The notes beneath the pieces are model-generated. The model was not told the DNA's origin. It saw only the letters and a program-made list of their open reading frames with translations, and ran no database searches. A program made the translations under genes and the position numbers. This document shows, piece by piece, positions 1-13,125 of a stretch of 64,000 nt of DNA. Source of the stretch: Fimicolochytrium jonesii (Eukaryota); contig NW_026515686.1 in NCBI RefSeq assembly GCF_025526975.1, forward strand, positions 496,001 through 560,000, in the 5' to 3' direction. Position 1 is the first letter of the stretch. Each line of letters begins with the position of its first letter.

Positions 1-3000
1 GCATGGTGCGCCGAAAGTCGGAAAGCATTGCCACGCTAAATCAAATGTTGCGGATGGACGGAGCGGATGGAGGTGGAAATTGTGCTTCAGCGAATGGTTG
101 ATATGCTCTATGCCGGACTGAAATCCTCACTCTATCTAAACTACCGCGAACTAACTTGACCCGCAAAGATGCGAAACAGCCCATAGGCCCGGGTCCAACA
201 TACGCCGCACCGTCTGCCCATATCTATCCCCCCCAATGCCTTACGCTCTAAGCCAGCTTCACTCGATTCCAGGCGTTGACCCACCCCGCGAAGCCTCCAT
301 CCCCAGCAGGACCCTTCCACGCATCCACATGGTCGACAGCGAGGACCTGCACCCTGTATTTGGCCTGCGTCGCCACACCGGCTGCCGATTTCATGAAGGC
401 AGGCGTGAGGAAGGGAAGAGCTTGATCGCGCTTGCAAAGCCCGTTGGATTGCAGTCTGATGTCCGAAAGATGTCTATAATTTTCAAGTAAAGTGCGTGAA
501 AGCCGCCAACGAGATAGATCATATCTGAATGCCTTCATCGCTTTTTGTGAAGTCTCCATTTGAAGCCGATTATTTAGACCTGAACTTCACCCCGCGAAAG
601 CCGCCAAATGAACCGTCTTCGAATCGCCCGTTAAACGAGCTCTACATGATGTAATTCTGCACTAAACCGAGAGTGAAGGTAAACCATATTCACACCCCGC
701 ACTCTGAAGTAGAGGCAGAATATGAACAAACTCAGTTGAAAGACTGAGCGTTGACCAGCAACGGTGCATTTTGGACCCGCTACGACCATCACCACCTTCT
801 CGAACAGCCGAAAGGGAAAAGCAGAATTCTGAAACTTGAGGTGGCTGTTGAGCCGATCGAAAAGCACAGTGCAGCAACGCACGCTGGCCTTTCGAGTTGG
901 TTCGGGCATCCTACACGCAAGCAGACGCACGCATCTACTTCATCATGAACGATGTTGAGTTTTTTTATTCACCGAACCTCCAAATCTCAAGAGCCTGATT
1001 CTACGGCACAAATATATGGGGTTTGCACCTTTCAAAATGGAGCTGTGCATTCATAGCGTGTGCCATGAGAGAAACCTGGCGCCTTTCCTGCAACATGAGT
1101 CCCGTTCAAAGTCCGATGCCCACGATGTCCAATCCGCTCACGCCCAATGCCAGCTGACCATGAACATTTCGTCTCCGTCAAGTTGCGCACGCATGGCTCA
1201 CTACCTACGAACCCCAGTGCTCGGCCTTTGTGATGGTTCTGGCTCGCTTGGACGAGTTTGTGGAAACCGCAAACACGCGAGTCTATGCGCGCATGCCGTC
1301 ATGTCCGAGCCGTACCAATGCCCCGAGGGACCAGGGGGAAGCCGCGATTATGGCAGCTAAGATTTTCTGTCCTGGCTGCCTATTCCCCACGTGTACATCT
1401 TTCCTGTGACGGATGGATGATGTGTGAGTGATGATGCAGGAATGCCCGAGGGCGAACGTACCATGAAGATTAACGCACGCAGCATGGTTAGTTCCGCTAT
1501 CAATGCACCCAACTTTTCTCAGCTGTTCCATAAAGACGAATAATGGCTTTACTACCGCGATTGCCGCGCCCATTGGCAGTTTTGAAAACAGAGGAGTGCG
1601 CGCCGAGCATGCGTAATCTGAGCCGCTGGAATGAAGGTGGTGAAAGCTACATCCCTCATTGACATGATGACCGCTTTTGCTTGCGCAGGTTCAGCTGATT
1701 GCGGCGTCCGCACGACCTTGGCGTCGGGTCTTGCAACGGCTTCATCAGCGTGGGGATTTTCCCATCTGAAAGTGCTAGCAGAAAAACTGATGAGAGTCAG
1801 TGGGGTGTGACAGGGCTCGACATCAATATTGTTGGGCTTACCACGCATCCATTAGTCTTGTCAAACCACTGCAGCGATCCCGACGTCGTCGAGTCCTCGA
1901 GGATATCCGGAGAGGGCGCGACGTTCGGGATGCTTCACACCCGTCTCAATTGGTTCGTGTCAGTTCGAGTTCGTGTCAGTTCGAGTTCCGTGCTGATCCT
2001 GTCTCCAGAATTTCCGTCCATTGCTCGGATCAGCGCCTTGGTCAACCTCCCGCCAGATATGTCCGATATGCAAATGTCGTGGTCCGTCAAGATGAAACGT
2101 TTACCGTCCTCCTCGTAGATGCTACGTAGTTTTTCAAAGGCGCATCTTGCGACCGGAGCGCTTGAATACCGTAAAATGGTCAGCGGAACTCAAGAAGCTC
2201 GTGCATGCGGGCGAGAGCGAGAGTGGCGACAATGACAACGTTGTCAGTGCTGGCGCCGAACCGCTCCCCGAACCGACACCCCAGTGCCGTCTAGTCACAG
2301 CTCACTAAAAGTGAGGCGTTAGTGAAAGGCTCAAGCCCTACGAGCTGGGAAATGAAGAGCCCAGGGCTGATGAGCGGAGCTGAGATCATCCTAAGCACCA
2401 TTCCTGCCTGCAAGACATCTTCCCGACAATGCTGGCATTCTCCGAATCCGCTCCCTGACATCCTGCATTAGCAACTGTCGTTTCGTAGCTTGTATGGGAA
2501 GGTGTGGTGGTGGACGCTCCAACAAGCCAGGCACTCTATGAGTGAACTAGCGAATTTCATATCGGGGATGCGCAGACTCCGCAGTCCAGCAAGGCTCCAC
2601 AACTCAAGTGCGGGACCGTCTCCACACCATATCCTCACGTTCCGCCTTGCTGAAGTTGAGGCACACCTCGGGCTCGGGGTCAAATGGTATCCATGACTGT
2701 CTGATTGTCAGGTGTTTAGTTTGCTTGATGCTGACTTCTCTTCGTTCAACATGCTTTGATCGCTCTCCGGTGCAGAGCCTTTAGCGCCACATCCCTCCAC
2801 GTCCTCCACCTCCAGGACTGCAAGACATTGGGTTCTGGAGTACGGTGCCCGGACGAAGAATACAGTTCTGGCGAAAGATACTGTATTTGGGCAGCGCTCA
2901 TCACTGCTGTCCAGAGTGTTCGGATGGATGTCGGACCTATGTACGAAGTGAGCTTATTAGGGGCGTTGCTGCTGCGTTGCCGATGTCCGGACGGACGGAC

Positions 3001-3090
3001 GACTCGGACGATTGACGACCACTTCAAATGGGGACTGCTGGACGCGTCGACTTGCAAGTTCCAAACATCGCAGCGCCATCACATCCAAAC

Positions 3091-3690
3091 ATGGTCAAGC
3101 GAAAGCGAACCAACAAACTGCGAAAGAACAAACCCCACAACCGCAGTGGCTGGGACCGCATGGCGGTCTGCGGGGACGATGGTCCTCGCCCTAGTAGGCC
3201 CCCACGCCCGACAGGGAAGAAGCGCTGGCGGGGGCGGGCCAAGGTAAGTTTGCTCTACTACCTCTCCAGGCGTCGGGCCAATGCACCATATGTGGTATTA
3301 ATGTACTTCTATCCCAAGAAACGCGCCGCCGCCGCTACGGCAACTGCGAGTGTTGCTTCCCCTGGGCAGAACCCTGGTGTCAGCACTCCCGGCACCCGAA
3401 CGTTCACTGCCCCTGAGACTGCCTCTGCAGGTCTCAGCACCACTGCACCCTCAACTACCTCGGCCGCAACCACCGTAACGACCGCTTACGCGGATCCCAA
3501 CATAAGCAGAGATAGTTCGCAAGTCGCTACACCAGGAATGAGCATGCACGGGGGGCCGGTCGGAAATGTCAGTGCTCCGCAACCACAAGTCGCTACACCA
3601 GAAATGAGCATGCAGGGGGGGGCGGTTGGAAATGTCAGTGCTTCGCAACCACAAAAGCCCAGTGGCGGGACTCCGGCGAGGAACTACTGA
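3091..3690 (+). CDS. Orphan protein with a basic N-terminus (MVKRKRTNKLRKNKPHNRSGWDR...) and a Thr/Ala/Ser/Pro-rich tail; probable in-frame intron 3244-3318
   Basis: ATG at 3091 after a CA-rich leader; strong GTAAGT donor at 3244; open frame to TGA at 3690; contains a 22-aa tandem repeat. Confidence 0.45.
   Translation: MVKRKRTNKLRKNKPHNRSGWDRMAVCGDDGPRPSRPPRPTGKKRWRGRAKVSLLYYLSRRRANAPYVVLMYFYPKKRAAAATATASVASPGQNPGVSTPGTRTFTAPETASAGLSTTAPSTTSAATTVTTAYADPNISRDSSQVATPGMSMHGGPVGNVSAPQPQVATPEMSMQGGAVGNVSASQPQKPSGGTPARNY
3520..3654 (+). repeat. 66-bp tandem duplication encoding QVATP(G/E)MSM(H/Q)GG(P/A)VGNVSA(P/S)QP
   Basis: Two near-identical copies of caagtcgctacacca...ggaaatgtcagtgct.cgcaacca. 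Confidence 0.9.
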
Positions 3691-5440
3691 TTGCCCTTGA
3701 GAAGGATGGGAGTGAGGACGATAGTGCTAGCTTAGATTTGTTTTTTGTGGCCCGGCAAGTTTTTCGTCGTCTCATGCCATCTGTTGGAGACCTACCTCTC
3801 GAACATCGAATGGGAGCCAAATGTGAAGCTTTGTAGTGCCCAGATTCTCGGCATGGGTGGACGCTGCGACTGCGTTTTGGGTCGCCATTTTTCTTGTACA
3901 TTTAAGAGTTAATTCATGCGTAGCCTTTCTATGGTGCAAATGTCCAAGTGGAAGGTGAATGAGAGGAGTCCAAAAGAAAAGACGCATATACAAGTCATCG
4001 TGTGGTCCGAAATCGTTAAGCACTCTGGTCTCATATTCCGCCATCCGCACATCATTCGGATACGGAAAACGGCACGTTTCTTTGGAATCTTGGAAAGACC
4101 ATGTATTAGGCTATAGACAAAGAAGCGAACATTCGATTCCTCATTCCGCCCCATACCAATGCCATATATTACAAACAAAGCTAGGTACAAAGAACACCCA
4201 ATCCTCGTCCGATTCGAAGCCAGAAATTTATTGTACGTCCTATAATACGAAGTAAAGGGAAGAAGTCAAGAAAGGTCAATCCAGGTCCCAAAGTCAATGA
4301 GAGTCCATTTCAGTCCGGTCACAACATGATAACGTCCCACCCCGACGCTGAAAGCCCGTGTGTGTGTCCGAGTGCACGAACGTATTTTCCCTGCAGGACG
4401 TCTTCGAGACATTTCTGCAGATGGCGTCGGATGCAGAAGCGGACTTGGCGTTTGCAGCGACGGTTCCTGTGTCGGTGCCCAGTACGCTTCCACTGCCAAT
4501 CCCAGCTTATCGTGCCATGGGATGAGTAGGGGTAGCGGTGGCAGGAACGGCTGCTCAGCAGCGACGATGTCGACGGCGGGTTTTATTGGCTTCCTCGAGC
4601 TTTGCGCTCACGATCTCGGTCGTTTCTTTCAAGGTGTTCTCGCTGAACCGGCGTTCAGCGAGCTTGGCCAGCTCGGCGTAGGTGTCTTTCTTATCCAGTT
4701 GTTCGAACCGTTGGTCATCGACGCTGTCCAGACCGTGAATGACCTTGAAGAACGATGGCGCGACGACACGATGTGGACTTGCGGTTGGAACCGGCGTTTT
4801 TGGTTGTGCCGCGGCCTCGTACGCTGCCAAGATCGCATCGGCACCTCGTCCAGATCCCTCTCCGCCTCCTGCACCGTCAAATCCCAACTTTCCCTTTCTC
4901 CCCATGCCTGCACGCCTGTCACCATCTTCACAAGTTTCATCTTCTCCTTGGTGGTCATGATGCCGCGAAATCTCTTCTCGTTGAATGCGTTGCGCAGTTG
5001 TAAACAACTTTCGTTATGCCCTGCGGCGTTTCCACGCCCTACGCTGACGCTCAGCCTCCAGGTCCTTCCTTGCCTCAGCGGCAATATCCTCGCTCGGCCT
5101 GTGCCTGTCAAAATGAGAGAGCCAAGAGGAACGTTAATATCGAAGAAGAGTAAAACCAACGAGAAGGTGAGCGGGGTGGAATAGCAACTCCCGTACCTCC
5201 AGACATACCTCTGCGTTCCAGTTTCTTCAAAAGCGCCTCTCCTCCATCCTCTTCTCCGTCCTCTTGGTCTCCTTCCCCCTGGGCTCCTCTTCTATGCCGA
5301 GGGATGAGCGGATGGAAGTGGGGAGGGGATAGCACGCCGCTTTCCGATCACATCTATTTGCGATATTGTCGAAACGACCCGAATCTAGAAAGAAGATTGT
5401 AGCCAGTGGTGAAGATCTCGGCAATTCACCGTGTACTCAC

Positions 5441-6210
5441 CATCATCATTCCCCAAAACCTAACAGACGGGGCTCCGCAGGCACGTTCGTTGGGGATTCC
5501 AACAGCGACATCATGCCCTGCACGGGGAGCTGATTCTTCTATTATGAGGGGAAAAAGATAGAGTTAGCACTGAGTTCATTATCTTAACTGAGATCTGAAG
5601 AAGTAGCAGGGAGTTCTGAGAATGGTGAACCTGGGTTGATTCACACTTACGAATGCTGCGATCGAGGGCTGAGTGCGGATATATAACCCCGAATAAAAGT
5701 GCGTGCGCATTTCCAAGACTTGCTCGGCGATGGCGGACGCAAGCGCAAGCTGCAAATATTGCTGCTGCTGTTGAGGCGGCATGACGTAGTCGGGACCGAG
5801 GTGGTGGTTGGCTGCTTTGGTGGCGGATTGCACGTGGTTGAGATTCAGTTGGCCTGCGGGACCTTGGACACCTGCTAGGTTGAGGCCACCTAAACCAACG
5901 AGAGCAGGAAATTCCGTGCCCAGTTGTTGGGCAGCGAGCGCCACAGGATGCTGTTGGGTTGAGGAAGGCGGAACCTGGGTGGATCGCTGATTGTTCAGAG
6001 TGTGCTGCTAAAACTCTTGCTCAAAGAGAGCCTGTCGGCCGAGGACTGTGTTGTATTTGACTTGCAGAGCGTCGTACCCTTTGCTGGGTTTCCTGTGTCG
6101 CCTCTTTTTTTCATCTGCTTTTTCGCCAGCTTGAGCGGCGATGGCGGCAGCGCGCTGTAGCTGTTTCTTCGTTTGCTCTCGTTTTTGTCGAGGTCAGCGG
6201 GAGAAGCCAA
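5441..6210 (-). pseudogene. Degenerate multi-exon orphan gene (Q-rich), paralog of the gene at 17070
   Basis: Minus-strand donors GTAAGT (5650) and GTGAGT (5440); CTAAC branch and TAG acceptor (5539); frame breaks; peptide and intron similarity to 17070-17688. Confidence 0.5.
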
Positions 6211-6527
6211 AGCCCAATTCAGAGTGAGTGCCGCAGCCGAACAAGAAGCGACTTACCCGCAAAGCCAGACGGCATGTTGATGTGGCCCAGCATGTGAGGA
6301 ACCTCAGCCTCCTGTTCTCTTGCTGGCGTAGTCTCCGTCCATTCGAGCTGGCTCACGCTTCGCCGGTAGTGTCGTTTTGGTTTTGACCTGCATATCACCT
6401 TCGGCGTCATATACTAGGAGCACGTAAAGCGCAGGGAGGCTGTTAGTTGGGATGAACGACAGTGGATGGTTATTCACCCCCTATTCTAACAAGCCCTCGC
6501 AGTATTACTGACATCCTGCACTCTCTG

Positions 6528-6615
6528 TAATCCCACACTCGCCTGCCCATCAAACCCACACGCTTGCCGTTAACCCCACACTCGCCTGCCAATAATACCC
6601 ACACGCGCTTGCCCC
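6528..6615. repeat. Minisatellite, ~21-22-bp unit (cccacac(t)cgc(c/t)tgcc), 4 copies
   Basis: Direct inspection. Confidence 0.75.
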
Positions 6616-7426
6616 CATTTCCCATCGGTCGTCAGCACAACCTCACGACCCGTCTCTGAATGCGTATTGCCATCATATCCATATAATCCACACATATCAA
6701 CAATTGGTTTACTGCCGAAACAACGACAAACGTGAATGGCCGATGTGCGAATGAATGTTGATTGAAGGGGTAGATTAGAATCAATGAGAGCTAATTTTGA
6801 CAGCCGTTCTGACAGTGTGCCGCGGTTCCGAGATGCCGGTAGTGAACGGCGAGCCGTCAACCTGTCAGCACAAATTCTCGCTGGATGGGGCTCGTGCAAA
6901 GTCGGCCCAAAATAGCAAGGCAGGTAATACCGTAATACGGATAAGAAAGAGGGTGCTGTCCTCGCTGCTTCCTTGGTGCATTAGTTTAGATCATGGGGTA
7001 GATTAGATTACCATGTCTGGTAGTGTGGCCTTGTGCATGCTGTCCGGACGCTGAGGTCTATCAAAGCGGGCATGCAGGGACCGGTACGTCTCATCTCGAA
7101 CGTGCCCTTCGCCGCTTATACGGTTGCGGATTACTCTCAGGAAAATCAAGTCCGCGAGCGTCTATGGCTCGGCGGGTGCCCTTCCCTGTTCGTGATCTAC
7201 TTGCCACCCCCATCCTGGCTCAAACTTATTTAGATCACCACATCCTGGTTTTCGTCCCGCCGAACACCGGACAAATTGGCGTCTTTGGTAGGGCCTATTT
7301 CCTCTCGGGCTTGGGATGGCTTCTTGGGTTCGGCGGGCAAAGAGACCTCATCCCTTCCTTCTAGAGGAAACGACCACTGTGTACATATAAAGGGGGTCGG
7401 TTCCGATGCAAGGAACGATCAATCAA

Positions 7427-7537
7427 TCAACTCAGTTCGGGACGAAGAGCACTATTTCCACAACATATTTTGATTTTTTTTGTAGATATGCGGTCCCATC
7501 CTGGGCGGTTATGAGGTTTTTGCCATCGCTTGCCCAT
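7427..7537 (-). CDS. Short basic ORF or gene remnant MGKRWQKPHNRPGWDR..., related to the ORF at 3091
   Basis: Shares the KPHNRxGWDR motif and a catcac...aacATG leader with the 3091 ORF. Confidence 0.35.
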   Translation of the reverse strand: MGKRWQKPHNRPGWDRISTKKIKICCGNSALRPELS

Positions 7538-7864
7538 GTTGTGACGTGATGTAAGGTAATGTAATGTAATGTGATGAGGGAGTAGATGTGGATGTGGTGG
7601 GGAGGAAGTTAGGATGTGTTTGTGAGGTGATGGGGGTTGGATCTGGATGTTCCATTGGCGATGCTCTGCTTGCTGCGACTGCTCTCTGAATGCATTTTGG
7701 AACCGCCAAATCTGACGAGCAGTGAGCGTAGGACAAGTGCAAGAAAGCATCGCCAGAATGTTTTCTTCCGCCGCGCCCCCACATATAGAAAGAGCCGCAG
7801 TCTTCCTCGGGCGTCCTCACTTGCAAGTTGGCAATCTTCATCGGAGGCCAGAAAAGTCTCCTAA

Positions 7865-8160
7865 GGCGGGAACGTGGATGATACGGATGCATTGTCCGTT
7901 TCTTCGTTCTTTGCCTTCCTCACGGCGCTGGAAGGCGGGGGGCAGGGATGATACGGATGTACTGTCCGTTTCTTTGTCCTCCGCCTTCGTCACGACGCTC
8001 CAAGACGGTGGCGGAGATGATACGGATGCACTGTCCGTTTCTCCGTTGTCCGCCTTCGCGCACGCGGTTCGGCGATCCACCCAAGGTTCGCAACGATGAG
8101 CTGGCAATGGGGAGGGAGGATGCGGTGCCATGGATGATACGGACATCCTGTTCGCTTCTC
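7865..8160. repeat. Degenerate tandem array, ~70-bp period, core gatgatacggatgc.ctgtccgtttct
   Basis: Cores at ~7876, 7947, 8016 and 8132. Confidence 0.85.
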
Positions 8161-8229
8161 TGGTTTATCATCACCTTTTCCCATGCCACGCGATTCTGCA
8201 AGTCGGGTAAGGTTTTCACAGATGGGAGT

Positions 8230-8575
8230 AGCAGATTCCGGCCTTTGGCTGGTGACGCTCGAAGAAGATCCCAAGGAGAATAGAGGTGTACAGTTCATTC
8301 ATCACAGTCCCCACAGCACGAGTTGATAAGGGGGGGTAGCATATCCCGGCCGTTGGCTGGTGACGCTTCTAATGCGGATGTATCGTCCCTTTCTCTGGTG
8401 CATCACATTCCCACAGCACGAGTTGCGTTTGGAAAGCGAAGCATATCCCGGCCGTTGGCCGGTGACGCTTCTAATGCCGATGTATCGTCCTTTGCTCTGG
8501 TGCATCACATTCTCAGAGCACGACTTGAGTTTGGGGAGCGAAGCATATCCCGGCCGTCGGCTGGTGACGCTCCTA
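8230..8575. repeat. Tandem array, 102-bp unit (agcatatcccggccgttggctggtgacgct...), 3-4 copies
   Basis: Unit starts at 8338, 8440 and 8542, plus a diverged copy at ~8230. Confidence 0.9.
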
Positions 8576-11500
8576 TTAGGCAGTACCCGGGTGATACGGT
8601 CTTCTCCCCAGCATACATTCCGTGAAAACACCTTGTCGATGCATGTAACCATGACCGAAAACAATCTCATTTCCATTTCACGACGGCTTCGCGCACTCTC
8701 GCACGTCTCGTTCTCCCTATCCGAGGGTTCATTCTTTTGCCCCTACTCAACCAATACAGTAGCAACAGGCACGCTGCCTTACGTTTACCTTACGTTTGTT
8801 TACCTTAGCCTCTGCGTCGGAGTAGTCCCCCGGACCTTCAAGCCGTACGACGAGCCGCGGCGATGATATATCAGCTCGGTTTAGCGTGAGGTTTTTGATC
8901 GGCTTCGACGTTTGAAGAAGCACGGAGCTGAATGGGGATAAGCGTGCTCATCCATGTCGTTGGTCCGGGATAAGTCCGCTGGGACCCTCGAAGCTCAGAT
9001 ACACCGCCTGCAGGTGTCGCTTTCCCCAGTTTGAGTGTCATGCGGTCTCAAGCTACCAAGGTTGTCGCACGATGTCTTGAAGCTCCCTTCGACCGAGCAG
9101 TGTACTGTTGACGCTGTCCATCGGGAAAGCCGTTGCAGCGATGTCCCGCGCCTTTTCCTTTCCAATCCGGCGTTCGTCCATTTTTCGGAGAGTAGGAAGA
9201 ATTGGAATAACCCTGGTTCCGGCCAGTGGTGCAGACTTCCAGACAGACGGGTGACAGACTGCGATGCAGCAAGCTGTCGTACTACACTTCAGTTCATCCA
9301 CACCTGTCGTCAACCGCAGGAGAGGATGTGGCAGGCTGCAGTTGAAAAACGAAGCGAAGTTGTCCATTGTTGTGGCATAGCCGATATGCATCAGATGTCC
9401 TGCCGAAGGTGTGCTTCAACGGAGAGCAAATTATTCCCTCCTGTGGATCGTCTCCAGAAATGCGCAAACCTGAATGGCACGCAGAAATCCTTCCCGCGCT
9501 CCGTACCCAATGCCGCAGGATGTCCAGACGCTGTTGCTCGCCATGACTCGATATGAAATTCCATCGGTGTTGTGTTTCCTCGAACGGGCTAGCATGCGAG
9601 CGGTGGATCACATCCGAAACCACTTGCGGACGGTCCCATAGCGCGGCTTGAACTCATGTGACATTCCGTAGACATGCGAGCAGTAGGTGTGTAGAGGAGG
9701 CCGAATGTTGGCACCTACGTAAGGGAAGCGAGATTCAACCTCTGTCTCTCTGATGTGCTCACGGGAAGTGGAAGCAGGGAACTTATCAGTTTCGTACATT
9801 ACTATCTGCGTGCGAAGGACAGTAAAGCAGCGGAGATGCTAAGCACAAGTGCCCAGAGTCCACTGCTCTCTTCTTCACCTCTCCACCTCTTCCGTCCTCT
9901 TCATGGCGATACTCTCGATTCTGAGGGTCGGACTAGGCCAATGATTTCGGGCTGGTCAATGGTGGGACGACAACCTCAATCTGACCTCAATTTCCAATTG
10001 AAATTGAGGTTACGATCGCTGCGCCACACGAGGAGGCGTTCGGTTCAAATTCAGCCGTTTCCGCCAGGTTTCCGTACTCTTGATTAGGGTTCGAATGTAA
10101 TAGCAAATACTGAGCACACACTATGATTCTAATGCCGATGCCGGCTACAAAAAAAGCCGCCGCGCGCATCCCGCTGTTCTCGAATGACAGATGCACCTCT
10201 TTCGAACCTTTCCGTCTCTCTACTCCCTCTTGGTTCTACGTGTAGTAGGGTCATGATTGTCAGTTCACATGATCCTGCTCCATCGGATGCTGCGTCTCTC
10301 CCGCTTCCGTCCAGGTCAAAACGATGAAGGGCTTCTCGTTCTTCGCAACGTTGACGCATCCTTGACGTATCCCTGACTTTCTTAGTCAGCTCGTTTTGTC
10401 GCTTCTTTTCAAAGTGCCTCTTGCTGATCCTTGACGAGAGTCGCATGACCGATGAATGTCCGAATATTCTTTCTCAGAGTACAGTCAGCGAAACGTGGGC
10501 GTGCGCCGGTCCCAGACTCCCAGCGCGAGTTGCTGGCAGAAGGTCGCCCAGCTGAATTTGAGCATGCCGGAAAGCTTCCCGAGAGTGGCCGACAATTCTT
10601 CATTACCTAGTTGTCCGATGCCGTCGACAATCTCAGCCGAACAGGATTTGTCGAGGGTTGTTGAATATTAACGCTCACAGCACACCAGAAGAAGGACCCT
10701 TACAGGAGGCCAGGAAGAAGGAGCCTGGCAGGAGGCCAGGGGTCGGAAATTGGGAACAGAGGTGAACATTCGCGGAACAAGAAACCTCTCCGTCGCAGAT
10801 CCTCTCGCGTCGCATCTCCGCAGTCTCCGATTATCCGCACTGCGCACTGCGCAGGCCGCCGCTGGTGGTGTTGTGGACTCTCACCGGCACGTCTCCTGTC
10901 CGCGGGCCCCCGTTAACGGTCCGGGGCATGCGATCACGTCGGTGATGCTGCTGATAGGCGTGGTGATTGTAACGGTTAGGGCAATTATCGGCTGCCGCTT
11001 CTGAACGAAAGTTACCGAGCCCACTAGGGAGAGAGAGCGAAGTAGTGTAAGTCCAAGGTTACGATAAGCTCCGTCGTTGCGCTTATCCGTTATCCTGCTC
11101 TGCTGGCGTCGGTCGTAAGCTGCAACTGATCGGTGGTATCCGGTGCACGAAATTTGAGACGGTTCAGGCGGCTGACATTGGAACGACGACGATTGCTGGG
11201 GAGAAACTAAGCTTAGGACCGGTACAGAACGTCATTGACTTTTGCAGTGTCTCACCTGGAAAGGGCAAGCGTCTGGCGAGCTGTACCGTTACGCAACATA
11301 GCCGTCGCACATAGCGAGATGAATTGCGTCTTGAGCACTGCCGATATAGACTCATGATGTCGTGATCCATTGTGACGCCCGCGAAATTCCACGACGACCT
11401 CCTGGCGTGGCCTTGTTTCGGTCGTCCGCCCTGGCTGATTGGCGTTTGAGACGAAGGCAAGAGCGGGTGCAACTTTGAGATGAGGATCGCCATTGCGTGA

Positions 11501-11645
11501 CCGATGGTACATGGGCACGACTCCATTCCGAAACACTTCCCTGCGCGCTGAGTAGGTCCTTCCCAGGAAAACTGAAGGCCGCCGATACTACCGCACCCCG
11601 ATGTACTACATATGCATGCAGAGGCGACGTTGCTCAGGATAAGGA

Positions 11646-13125
11646 ATGGGGTTCAGAGTAAACTGGGGAAAAGTATACGAAGTTTGCCCGGAAATAAAAA
11701 CGAAAAGCGTCCCGTTCGAAAAAGCACAGGAACCCTGCGCTGAACCCTGCGCGCTCTCGCACACAAACGGAGTGCAAACGGATGGGTCTGGAAAGCCGAG
11801 TTTGATGCTCGCATACAACACACAGACAAGACCCCCTGATGGTGATTCATGATAACGTACCATACGCTACATATCGAACGCAATTGCCACCTTTCGCTCT
11901 CTCGCTTTGGAGATCTTCAACAAGTACATCATTCCAACTTGCATGAGCGTCAACGGCTCCAAGTTGACCTGCACGCCGACCAAAAGGACGCCCATCGCGA
12001 TGCACCGCTTCGAAACGGTCGAAAGTGTCGCTTTCTTTGGGCCTTATCTCCAAGTACTCACCATCGACGACTTCATCATCGATGGCGTTGGCATGGCCCC
12101 TCCAGCTGCCAAAGTTATCGCCAGTTTCCTCAAGAAAGCGAAAGCTGCGCCCACAAAGCTTGCCCTTTCAAGCATCCTCAACGGTCAGAACATAGAGGCC
12201 GGCTGAGAGACCTTGTCCTATTTCCTAGACGCTATTCGCTGGGAAAAGCTTACATCGTTGGATCTTTCGGGTAAAGCGTTGGGCAAGGGCTGCGTTGACC
12301 TCCTCAAGTCGATGGTCCTCATGTGCACCAATTTGGAGGTGCTCAAACTCGCAAATTGTGGCTTGGGGCATGAGGAGGCCATCGTTCTCTTGGTCGGGTT
12401 GAAGGACCTCGGGGATCGCCAAACCAAGGAGGTCGGCTGCACACTCTTGAGGGAGCTAGAGCTTGAGTTGAGCCAGAACCGCCTGATGAAGGTGGGCGTT
12501 GACGAATTCGCCAAGGCCATCAAGGCCAACAAGAGCTCCCTCCAGGTGCTCGGCCTGCGCTACAGCAGCGCCGACTTCATTCCCAAGTTCCACCACGAGT
12601 TGTGGAACTGCACCAAGTTAGAGCGTTTGTTCCTGAACGACAACTTGGTTAGCATCTCCTCGGTCGTCCGGAACAGGGATATGTCATTCTGTCGATCAGT
12701 TCGAAGGCGTTTGTGCCAACAGAACACAGACGAGCACGACCTGGGTGGACCTCACGTACAACCGCTCCGGCAAAGTCTACCGTGACCCCACGACCCTTGC
12801 GGAGACTCCGATGCCGTTCAACTATTTGCGCTATGAGGAGATATGCGCGCGCGACTGGCTCTACGATCCGGATGGGGACGTCGTTGTGGATGGGAAACAT
12901 TATACGGTTGACTACACTACTCTGTCAATGCTTCTTGCGTTCGTTGGTAGTGGTTTTGGCCTGTTTGTAGCGTCGTCCGTTCTTGTTTCGATCGTCTACA
13001 TCATGGAGGGTGGAAAGCGCCTCAGAGACTACCTCCGAGGGGGATTCAGATCTATAATGGACGAGGAGGGCGATGTCGCGACCTCCGCTGACTTTGTACC
13101 TCTGCAAGAGAAAGCGGCAGAGTAA
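11646..13125 (+). pseudogene. RanGAP/Rna1-like (RI-like) leucine-rich-repeat protein with a predicted C-terminal transmembrane helix; interrupted by in-frame stops
   Basis: LTSLDLSGKALG, LEVLKLANCGLG, LSQNRL and CTKLERLFLNDN match the RanGAP LRR pattern; one frame from 11646 to 12647 is broken by TGA-TAA (11850-11855) and TGA (12204-12206); a GT-AG intron 12648-12729 would join it to a hydrophobic exon ending at 13125. Confidence 0.7.

Noticed and set aside
1283..1573. TET/JBP or other 2OG-Fe(II) oxygenase remnant
   Set aside because: Only a vague His/Asp spacing (HRKD, VHVG); no clean HxD...H...R signature.
7865..8575. CRISPR-like repeat-spacer appearance
   Set aside because: The intervening sequences are homologous to each other, the repeats are degenerate, no cas genes are present and the context is eukaryotic.
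12204..12206. TGA readthrough, selenocysteine or alternative genetic code in the LRR gene
   Set aside because: The same frame also has TGA-TAA upstream, and intact genes here (NDUFC2-like, SMARCAL1) end in TGA; pseudogenisation is simpler.
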